47,301 nt of DNA from Clostridiaceae bacterium (lineage in GTDB: Bacteria > Bacillota > Clostridia > Saccharofermentanales > DTU023): positions 1-47,301 of the forward strand of contig JAAYRJ010000158.1 of NCBI GenBank assembly GCA_012518845.1, written 5' to 3'. The notes below the pieces were generated by a model, which saw only the letters and a program-made list of their open reading frames with translations, had not been told where the DNA came from and did no database searches. This document shows positions 8,951 through 16,905 of the stretch, in pieces. The position numbers and the translations under genes were made by a program. How positions within the stretch are numbered: the stretch's first letter is position 1; each line of letters begins with the position of its first letter.

Positions 8951-9988
8951 ATGCCGATTATCACGATATCAAGAGAAGCCGGTAGTCATGGCGATGAACT
9001 TGCAGAACGTTTGGCTCTTAGAACCGGTTATCGAATTATTGATTTTGATACAATGATTGATATGTTTCTTAAGCCAATTGCTAGTGAGCATGAGAAAAAA
9101 ATGCTCGAAAGAAGCACCAAATATTTTTTTGAACCAATTAATAAAGATGAAAGAACAAATTTTAAGGCATATTTAGAAGGGGCACTGCATGAATATGCTG
9201 ACAATAATGACGCCATCTTTTTAAATGGTACTACTAGTATTTTTTTGCAAAATCATCCTCGAGCAATTCATTTACGAACAGTTGCACCAAAAAAAATTAG
9301 AAGTGAACGAATTAAAGAAGCACAAAGTTTGTATCGTGTCTATTTAGAGTATCAAGAACAGGATAAAGAATTTCACAGGACCACTATTTCATTACGGGAG
9401 CTAATGTTTTTGGAAAAATTTTTTCCTACTTCAACAATTTTAAGTTTATCTGCTGAAGGATTATTGCAAAGAATCGAAAGACAATATCGAAAACTTGCCC
9501 TCACATTATTTAATGCCGATATTTCCGATAGTCTTTACTATCATTTAGTCTTAAATACTGAAAAATTAACTTTGGACCATTGCATGAATTTAATTGATTC
9601 GTTAATAGATGATTTTTATATTCAAAAACATCTTGATAAGCAAGGAAATAGTGCCGCTGAAATGACTCAAAATTCAGATTTACCTGAATTCAAAAATGAA
9701 TCAGAATTGGAGTTCGTTCATTTACTTAATTTATACGATATTGAATGGCGTTATGAACCAAAGTCATTTCCAGTTGAATGGGATGAACAAAATCAGGTAA
9801 CAATGGCATTTAGTCCAGATTTTTATCTCCCTAAGTTTGATCTATATTTAGAATTAACTACTATGAATCAAAAATATGTATCTGCCAAGAAAAAGAAACT
9901 AGAAAAACTAAAAGAGCTATATCCAGATGTCAATGTTAAAATAATCTATAAGCGGGATTTTCTTTCTTTGATTCAGCGCTTTGATTAA
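8951..9988 (+). CDS. Cytidylate-kinase-like domain fused to a C-terminal PD-(D/E)xK-like nuclease domain
   Basis: N-terminal IITISREAGSHG and YHLVLNT motifs (cytidylate kinase-like family); C-terminal SELEF..WRYEPKSF..FSPDFYLP..YLELTT. ATG 8951 has an AGAGG RBS. Confidence 0.8.
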   Translation: MPIITISREAGSHGDELAERLALRTGYRIIDFDTMIDMFLKPIASEHEKKMLERSTKYFFEPINKDERTNFKAYLEGALHEYADNNDAIFLNGTTSIFLQNHPRAIHLRTVAPKKIRSERIKEAQSLYRVYLEYQEQDKEFHRTTISLRELMFLEKFFPTSTILSLSAEGLLQRIERQYRKLALTLFNADISDSLYYHLVLNTEKLTLDHCMNLIDSLIDDFYIQKHLDKQGNSAAEMTQNSDLPEFKNESELEFVHLLNLYDIEWRYEPKSFPVEWDEQNQVTMAFSPDFYLPKFDLYLELTTMNQKYVSAKKKKLEKLKELYPDVNVKIIYKRDFLSLIQRFD

Positions 9989-10044
9989 AAAATACTAATT
10001 TTACTTCTTGTATTCGGGTTTTTAATTATCTTTATGAGGTTTAT

Positions 10045-10557
10045 ATGTCAACAGATCATGAAATACTTTTTTCTGAAAAACAAATTCAAAAGCGGATAGC
10101 TGAGCTTGGAAAACAGATCCAATTAGACTACAAAGACTCCAAGCAGCCCCTTAATATGATTGCCATGCTGAAGGGATCATTATATTTCTTAGCAGACTTG
10201 TCTAGGGCTATTAACTTGCCTCTAAACTTTGACTTTATTGCAATAAATAAATTAAGTTCAAAATCTCATTCTATACACGTCACTAAAGATATCGGTATAG
10301 ACATTAAAAACAGTAATGTGATCGTAGTTGAGGAAATAATTCGTTCAGGTCTAACTACACATTATATGATTGAACATATTAAGAAATTCCAGCCTGCTAG
10401 TATTAAACTTGCAGCTTTATTAGTCAATCCAGATCAAATCATGATTGATTTACCACTGTCTTATACAGGATTTGAAATCGATTACACAAGGGTGATTGGT
10501 TATGGAATGGATTATAAAGAGGAACATCGTAGTCTTAAACACATTGCAAAGTTATAA
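10045..10557 (+). CDS. hpt: Hypoxanthine phosphoribosyltransferase homolog with degenerate active site
   Basis: LKGS, VIVVEEIIRSGLT and VIGYGMDY give the HPRT fold, but several conserved residues are replaced (see findings). Confidence 0.8.
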   Translation: MSTDHEILFSEKQIQKRIAELGKQIQLDYKDSKQPLNMIAMLKGSLYFLADLSRAINLPLNFDFIAINKLSSKSHSIHVTKDIGIDIKNSNVIVVEEIIRSGLTTHYMIEHIKKFQPASIKLAALLVNPDQIMIDLPLSYTGFEIDYTRVIGYGMDYKEEHRSLKHIAKL

Positions 10558-10579
10558 AATTTACATCCTATTTTTAGAT

Positions 10580-10606
10580 AAAAAAATTTGCTCGTATTCG
10601 AGCAAA
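10580..10606 (-). terminator. Intrinsic terminator of the large ncRNA
   Basis: The minus strand reads TTTGCTCG-AATA-CGAGCAAA followed by T7. The T-tract is present only on the minus strand. Confidence 0.85.
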
Positions 10607-10611
10607 CAAAA

Positions 10612-11110
10612 AAGCTTCAGCGAACCTAGCCTATTTTAATCTACTTTCATCATTAACGGAATTTTTTTATCAATCATCGAATCTAACATTTTTGGTTTAG
10701 CTTTGCTTTTACCAACGGCACTTTGATTTGCGTTTTGCATTCCAAGTGTTCTGTTGAACCCTATGCCCTATTCAATTTTTGACTTGCAGCCTTGTCTACT
10801 CCATTTTTTCCAACGGTCCATTTATTTCATTACTTTTAAATGTTAAGTCGTATCCAATCAATAAGTCGTATTATCAATATATATCTATATCATTTGCATT
10901 TAATATCTCTTCAGGGGGTACGAACAGAATCAGAACTCTGAATAAATATCTTAATGCGTCGGATTGTGACACTAATAAACGACTATTTAAATCCCCTATC
11001 TGTATTTACAAACTTTTTGTTGGATATATGTCCGTTTTCAAGTTACTGCCTTCCGATCCATTTGGTGATGAATCTCGATCAAGGTATATTTTAGAATTCC
11101 CTGAAGCTTG
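10612..11110 (-). ncRNA. Large (about 500 nt) structured non-coding RNA, ROOL-like or novel class
   Basis: Own promoter and terminator; 5' AAGCUUCAG pairs with 3' CUGAAGCUU; at least 10 internal helices, several with G-U pairs on this strand; no long minus-strand ORF. Confidence 0.8.
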
Positions 11111-11115
11111 AGTTT

Positions 11116-11143
11116 AGTATATCAGTAATTGGTTATTGGTCAA
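11116..11143 (-). promoter_or_regulatory. sigmaA promoter of the large ncRNA
   Basis: TTGACC (11143-11138)-N16-TATACT (11121-11116) with extended TG. The predicted +1 at about 11110/11109 coincides with the start of the terminal stem. Confidence 0.8.
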
Positions 11144-11241
11144 CACTTTTTGGTTTTCAGATCCACTTTTTTCTGAATTGTATAATTTCTCATCATGTTT
11201 TTGTGCAATTTTAACATAAAACAAGGGTGTGAATTAGTTTA

Positions 11242-12432
11242 TTAGTTAATATTATTCAAAACATCCTTGATTTTTTGCAAATCACCCAAAACAGGTCCTT
11301 GGAGAAGATTTTCATTTCCTCCGCCTTTGAAATTTATTTCCGTTCTAAACATTTCTATATGCTTTTTTAAATTATATTGTTCTGATCTGAGATAAAGTAG
11401 ATGTCTATTCTCACTTTGTTTTATAATAAAAGCTACAAAGCCATCTATATTTTCAGCAATTTTTGATGACACATAATTCCATTCTTTTTTGTCAAAACTA
11501 GGATTTTCCAGCACTATATTTTTTTCTAATTTATTGTTCTCTAAAATAAGTTCGATTAGCTCATTATTTTTTTGATTAATTTTTTCATTCAAATCAATTA
11601 CTTCAATTTCTTTTTTCTTGATAGCATCTGCCAATGAATCAATATTAGCTGATAACAAAGCTCCACTTTCACGCACAGTATTTTGCAGTTTTTGAAAATA
11701 TTTTAGACTTCGATTACCACAAAGAACAGTTAAACGAACTCCGCCCTTATAGCTTTCTCTATCAACAATTTTTATCGGACCTATCTCTGCAGTGGACCGA
11801 ACATGCGTACCTGCACAAGCACAAGTATCATAGCCTGGGATATGAACAATACGAATTTCGTCATCAAGATCTAATTTGCTACGATAATTCCAGTTCTTTT
11901 GACTTGCTTGATCTAAATAGTGAATTTCTATAGGGATATTTTCAAGTACCGCTTGATTTGCTTCTAATTCTAGTTTTTCAATTTGTTCCCAAGTTAAATC
12001 TCCATCAAAATCAAAGGTTGTCTCAACTTCATTAATATGAAAACCAACATTTTCATAACCATATTCTCGATTTATTATTCCAGAGACAATATGTTCGCCA
12101 CTATGTTGTTGCATTAAATCAAATCGTCTCTCAAAATTAATTTCACCTAAAATTTTTGTGTCTACTGGAATTAATTTAGAAACATGATGCCAGATTTTAC
12201 CTTGATTCCACACGGTATCTAACACAGTAATTTTTTCAGAGTTGTTTTGACCAGTACCTAAATTTTGTATATAACCCTGATCACCTGGCTGACCACCACC
12301 TAATGGATAAAAACAAGTTTCTTCAAATGCCAGCCAATGTTTATTTTTCGTAGTTTTTGAATCGATAACTTTTGTTGCAAAAGTTTTTTGATATGAATCT
12401 TTATAAAATAATTGATTAAAATTATTGACCAT
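11242..12432 (-). CDS. Alanyl-tRNA editing protein (AlaX-like with C-terminal DHHA1-like domain)
   Basis: FYPLGGGQPGDQG, Zn motifs QQHSGEH and CAGTH, C-terminal KGGG. Likely start is ATG 12432, overlapping the upstream gene. Confidence 0.88.
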   Translation of the reverse strand: MVNNFNQLFYKDSYQKTFATKVIDSKTTKNKHWLAFEETCFYPLGGGQPGDQGYIQNLGTGQNNSEKITVLDTVWNQGKIWHHVSKLIPVDTKILGEINFERRFDLMQQHSGEHIVSGIINREYGYENVGFHINEVETTFDFDGDLTWEQIEKLELEANQAVLENIPIEIHYLDQASQKNWNYRSKLDLDDEIRIVHIPGYDTCACAGTHVRSTAEIGPIKIVDRESYKGGVRLTVLCGNRSLKYFQKLQNTVRESGALLSANIDSLADAIKKKEIEVIDLNEKINQKNNELIELILENNKLEKNIVLENPSFDKKEWNYVSSKIAENIDGFVAFIIKQSENRHLLYLRSEQYNLKKHIEMFRTEINFKGGGNENLLQGPVLGDLQKIKDVLNNIN

Positions 12433-15400
12433 TTGTTTCTCCATATAATATTTTGACATAACCTGGTAAAACTGAATGTAGTTTTATGTTGTTCTTTATC
12501 TCATTATCTCCAATTAGATTACCTTTTGCATCGTATTCTAATTCCACAAAACCTTCTAAATCCATATTAGAAATTTGAGTATTAACTGTTTCATCAGAAA
12601 TATTTATTAAGACAATCACAACTTCTGAGTTTTTGCCATATGCAAAAGCACAAACCTTGTCTTGTTCTAATTTTGAATCAACTGATAAGAGATTTTTACC
12701 ATGAAGCAACTTCCCTAGCTCAAAAAAGCAAGATGCAAAATCATCCTCTAAGTCCATTTGTGATAAATTAATATCTAATAAAGTTGCGTCTTTTCCTTCT
12801 CCTAACATACTTAAACTTGAAATGATTAAATCAGCCAGGCGTAAATCATTGTTTTTTAATTGCATAGAACGAATAAATTCTGAACGTGCATTAATGCTTT
12901 TATTAATATCACGTGGGAATAATTCATATAAAGAGTTTTCGTAGTCTTCATAATCTGAGAAATTATTAATTGTTTCCGATAATGTTAAATCAGAAGCATG
13001 GAAATCAGCATTTGAGGTAAAAACATTATCTTTATATTCCATTCCATCAACAAAAATTAATTTATTTTTGATTTGGGAATATTCTGGCGTTTCCTTAAGA
13101 GTATTAACTACCCAATCAACATATGATTTTTTTTGCATATCATTAACCAAAATTCCATGCGAATCATTGATTTCAAAATAAATTTGATCGAAGACATCAT
13201 TGTACCTATTAATTGCACCATGTTCTAAGCGTAATTCTCCGTAAGTTTCTGATTCAGAACCAAAGAGATATTGCATCAAATGTTTTAGTTCAAGATTATT
13301 AGCTTGTGAATTTATTACTAGCCATGGATTAGATCGAAGTGTTTTACAATACTCCATGCTCTTAACTAAGTTATTTTGGTCTAACAATTCTATTTCATTT
13401 TCCTCTTGATAGAAAAAACTTTGACTTGTATTTGAATCAAGCCAACTTTCTGATGGATAGCGTCCATCACCTATTTTTACAAAATCCATTCTTATAATCG
13501 AGCCGCCAACTATTTTTTCATCTAATGTTGCATGGAATTCCGATAAATTATGACTAGCTGGTTTAACTGAAATATTATCTAGGTATACATTTCCTTCGCC
13601 TATAAAAGACATCTTAAAAGCTGGTATCGTGTCTTCTGTGACTGAGTTTTTTGGAACTACAATCACACCATGATATTTCTTCCAATCTCCTTCAATTGTA
13701 TCTGTAACAGGTTCTAAACCTATATTCAGATTGGCAAAGCTCAAATTTATCTCTACTTTTTGATCAGACTTTGCCCATAGCTCATAATTAAATACTCTTT
13801 CAGTATTTATTTGCTCTGATAAGGAAATATCAAGGTCTTGCAATATTGTAAAATCATTTGTTTTATCAATCTGCTTTATGTTGTCACTATATATCCCACA
13901 CAATTCATCAACAGGATTATTACTGTTAGACAAATCTATTTTTAAGGCACCCCTGCCTTGTCCAGGAGCTCTTTCATATGTTTGAACTTCTACCGCTTGG
14001 CAATCTGAGACAAACCATTCGCCCAGAAGATTTTTTGGATTTTTTTGATTAATTTCAAAAATGGGTTCTTCACTTAATTGTTCAATTTGAATTAAATCTC
14101 CATTTTGATAAACACCATTTTCTAACGCATCATTTAGTTCTACTGAGAGTCCCATAAGCGCATAGAAGACTTGCCCATTAGTATTAGTAGCAATCAATTG
14201 CCCGCTGGTAATACGTTGTATAAGATTAATCTGATTTTCATCTTGATTATCAAAATCAAGATTTGCTTGGACCCCGTCTAAAAAAATATCTCCATCTATC
14301 CAATCGGCACCTTTGTTGTCAGAATAGTAAAGCAAACCTTGATCATCTGCTAAGAGCAGTTGCTCATTACTAAGAATACAACCTGAGATAAAATTAGGAT
14401 TGAATACCAAAGTATGGTCTTTACTTGAAGTTGAATGTCTTAAAGAAATTTCTCTAAAATCTTTGTTAGCAAGACTTTTATAAACTAATCCATCATTACT
14501 AATAACGACTTGTCCTTGATTACCAGCAAATAAAATTTCTTTACCTCGAGAAGAGATCGTCTGCCAATCTGCAGTCACAGGAAATTCTAAAATTCTAAAG
14601 TTTTTACCATTATTAGTAAAAGAAGCGAAATTGTCATCTCCTACAAGGTAAAAACCAGAATCATTACTTATTACCGCATTAATATTTTTTGCATCCTCTA
14701 TTTGATCATGCAAAACTATTTCATTATCTGCAAAAACGTAGTGTCCATTTTCCCCCACCAACATATATTGCCAATTACCGTTTGAATCTCTTTTTGAAGC
14801 TGCAGATAACCAACTTATTCCAGGATTAGAAAAGTCTATACGGTCACTACTTTCTTCACTATTTTCATCATCTTGATTTTGATTATTTGTGTAAATTATT
14901 TCTGAATTTTCTGTGAGTGTAGAATGTTTTGTTTTTTCAGTTAACTTTAATTGCTCAACAGAATAAATAAAAATCCAATTTTGTTCTGTATCTAGTTCAA
15001 ATATATTACCAGCAATATCTAAAGCTAGAAAAGTTTCATTATACGGGATAATGCCTGTAATTGTTTGTCGACTTGGTACGCGAGTTAATGCTGAGTCCGA
15101 TAAAGAATTAAAAATCAAAATATTTCCACCAGAACCTCCAATTAAAATTTTACGGTTATAATTCGAAATTGTTTGCCACGTTATTTTATCTGGCATATCT
15201 GGCGGTAGTTCTGCTAAATAAAAATTATCGATTTGATCGGTCAGGTAATTTCTGACAGTACCTGTTTTCTTTACTCTCCTTTGACCATTTTCATCTATAT
15301 TTAAAACAGTCGCTTTTGCCCCCACAAAAAAGTCTTGAGGATATACACCTAATTCAGGATCATTTGGCATTCCTATTTTCATTTTACGCTGATCCCCAGA

Positions 15401-15673
15401 ATCAACAATTAAATTTTGTCTGTAGACTAAAGACTCAAATGAATTATTCTCAATAAAATTTCCGTCATTAGCATTACTTGCATTCGTACCAAATCCAAGA
15501 ATCGATTGCTCATTTACTGGTCCATTTATCTGAAAATCTGCAATATTGCTTGATTGAATATCAGTAGTTAAGTAAAAGTATAAAATAATAATAGGAATTG
15601 TTAGAGCTAATAAGCAAAGGATAAGAACAACAAGCACCCTTTTCTTCTGTCCACCTAAAATATCTCTTAGCAT
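12422..15673 (-). CDS. Large membrane-anchored extracellular protein: BNR/YCF48-like propeller plus GH51-like scaffold
   Basis: N-terminal TM helix, repeated W..I......GxxG.I..SxDG units (e.g. YSDNKGADW), then a beta-sandwich and a GH51-like barrel. Confidence 0.6.
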   Translation of the reverse strand: MLRDILGGQKKRVLVVLILCLLALTIPIIILYFYLTTDIQSSNIADFQINGPVNEQSILGFGTNASNANDGNFIENNSFESLVYRQNLIVDSGDQRKMKIGMPNDPELGVYPQDFFVGAKATVLNIDENGQRRVKKTGTVRNYLTDQIDNFYLAELPPDMPDKITWQTISNYNRKILIGGSGGNILIFNSLSDSALTRVPSRQTITGIIPYNETFLALDIAGNIFELDTEQNWIFIYSVEQLKLTEKTKHSTLTENSEIIYTNNQNQDDENSEESSDRIDFSNPGISWLSAASKRDSNGNWQYMLVGENGHYVFADNEIVLHDQIEDAKNINAVISNDSGFYLVGDDNFASFTNNGKNFRILEFPVTADWQTISSRGKEILFAGNQGQVVISNDGLVYKSLANKDFREISLRHSTSSKDHTLVFNPNFISGCILSNEQLLLADDQGLLYYSDNKGADWIDGDIFLDGVQANLDFDNQDENQINLIQRITSGQLIATNTNGQVFYALMGLSVELNDALENGVYQNGDLIQIEQLSEEPIFEINQKNPKNLLGEWFVSDCQAVEVQTYERAPGQGRGALKIDLSNSNNPVDELCGIYSDNIKQIDKTNDFTILQDLDISLSEQINTERVFNYELWAKSDQKVEINLSFANLNIGLEPVTDTIEGDWKKYHGVIVVPKNSVTEDTIPAFKMSFIGEGNVYLDNISVKPASHNLSEFHATLDEKIVGGSIIRMDFVKIGDGRYPSESWLDSNTSQSFFYQEENEIELLDQNNLVKSMEYCKTLRSNPWLVINSQANNLELKHLMQYLFGSESETYGELRLEHGAINRYNDVFDQIYFEINDSHGILVNDMQKKSYVDWVVNTLKETPEYSQIKNKLIFVDGMEYKDNVFTSNADFHASDLTLSETINNFSDYEDYENSLYELFPRDINKSINARSEFIRSMQLKNNDLRLADLIISSLSMLGEGKDATLLDINLSQMDLEDDFASCFFELGKLLHGKNLLSVDSKLEQDKVCAFAYGKNSEVVIVLINISDETVNTQISNMDLEGFVELEYDAKGNLIGDNEIKNNIKLHSVLPGYVKILYGETNGQ

Positions 15674-15684
15674 CCTACTTACAC

Positions 15685-16893
15685 CTATTCTTCACTCATT
15701 TGAGAAAAATTCTCATCTTTTGATTCATTTCTAATATAAATATTTTGAGGCTTGGCTTTGATAAAAAAATATAAGACTACAAAGACTGTGAACACGCCGA
15801 CTATTATTTGAACATAGTTTAAAATTGAAATTACATTTGTTGGTACTATAAAATGAATAACTCCACCAAAAAAATTGAAAACAGCGTGTCCTAATATAGG
15901 AAGAAGAATGTTTCTCGTTTGATAATATACTATCCCAAGTAATAGTCCTGGAATAATTGTATAAAGACTTTGAATAGGGTTCATATGGAAAATTCCAAAC
16001 AATACAGCTTGAATTAGAACAGTTATTTTGGGTGAAAAAACCAAATCTAAATGACCTAATACAATCCCTCTAAATAACAATTCCTCAGCTATCGGAACAA
16101 CAATTACAGTACCTAAAATTTGTAAGAGTATGCTCGATTCATCAGAAATAATCATACCAGCTAGCTCTTCATATTCAACTAGCCAATTGTTGATATGTGG
16201 GATATTTTTCCCTATCATTTCTAAAAAGATTATTAATAATGTTACTAATCCCTGGCTCCCAAATACTGCTAGGTTACTGGTAAAAAACGAACTTCCTTTT
16301 ATTTTCATTTGAGAAAATGAGTCTCTATATTTCTTATTTCTTCTTGATAAAAACAGGGAATAAATTGGAATACATATAATCCCCATCAAGATAGAAGCAT
16401 AATTTTGCATATCGCTACTTAACAAATGATCTAGTACTATACTAACATTAGAAACGTCAATACCCTTAACCAAAATGGAAATAAATGCGATTAAGATAAA
16501 AGCTAGATTAAGCACTAGAATGTGTAGTAAAGGGAAACCAATAATAACAGTAAGAACATTTAGAGCAGTTGGTTTATTATCTGTTTTTACTTGAGTCGGA
16601 ATGTCCTGATAGGGATTATAATCAAACTGTTGATAATGTTTTGACTCGTCTTGTTGATATGGATTTGACTCATTTTGCTGATATGGATTTTGATGAAATT
16701 GTCTCCGAGCATCAGCTCGTGGCTGTTTAATATTTTCTTGAGCTTGGCTTCCAGACTGAAAAAATGTTTGTTCACTGTCAGAGTTTTCGTTAATAATATT
16801 TTGATTTGGCATAGATGAGTGATAATATTGTTTGCCACTTTTAGATTGTTCGTTTTGTTCATCTATTTTTTGTTCAAATGGGCCTTCAGTCAT
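15685..16893 (-). CDS. CPBP (Abi/CAAX type II) intramembrane metalloprotease
   Basis: PIAEELLFRG, FGIFH and HAVFN motifs; multiple TM helices; Q/N-rich N-terminus. Confidence 0.9.
   Translation of the reverse strand: MTEGPFEQKIDEQNEQSKSGKQYYHSSMPNQNIINENSDSEQTFFQSGSQAQENIKQPRADARRQFHQNPYQQNESNPYQQDESKHYQQFDYNPYQDIPTQVKTDNKPTALNVLTVIIGFPLLHILVLNLAFILIAFISILVKGIDVSNVSIVLDHLLSSDMQNYASILMGIICIPIYSLFLSRRNKKYRDSFSQMKIKGSSFFTSNLAVFGSQGLVTLLIIFLEMIGKNIPHINNWLVEYEELAGMIISDESSILLQILGTVIVVPIAEELLFRGIVLGHLDLVFSPKITVLIQAVLFGIFHMNPIQSLYTIIPGLLLGIVYYQTRNILLPILGHAVFNFFGGVIHFIVPTNVISILNYVQIIVGVFTVFVVLYFFIKAKPQNIYIRNESKDENFSQMSEE
16607..16690 (-). repeat. 24-bp degenerate tandem repeat (about 3.5 copies) in the CPBP gene
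   Basis: TGATA recurs at 16607, 16631, 16655 and 16679, encoding NPYQQNES-NPYQQDES-KHYQQFDY-NPYQ. Confidence 0.75.
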
Positions 16894-16905
16894 ATTCTTT
16901 TCCCT

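Noticed and set aside
10612-11110. RNase P, tmRNA, SRP, 6S or self-splicing intron as the identity of the large RNA
   Set aside because: No GAGGAAAGUCC core, no tRNA-like ends with CCA, not a simple rod, and not inserted in a host gene.
10779-11111. 110-aa plus-strand ORF in the hpt-alaX gap
   Set aside because: TTG start without an RBS and no recognisable motif. It is antisense to the structured RNA, whose promoter, terminator and G-U pairs all point to the minus strand.
16607-16690. Periodic repeats as a CRISPR array
   Set aside because: The period is 24 bp with no spacers, in frame within a CDS, and there are no cas genes.
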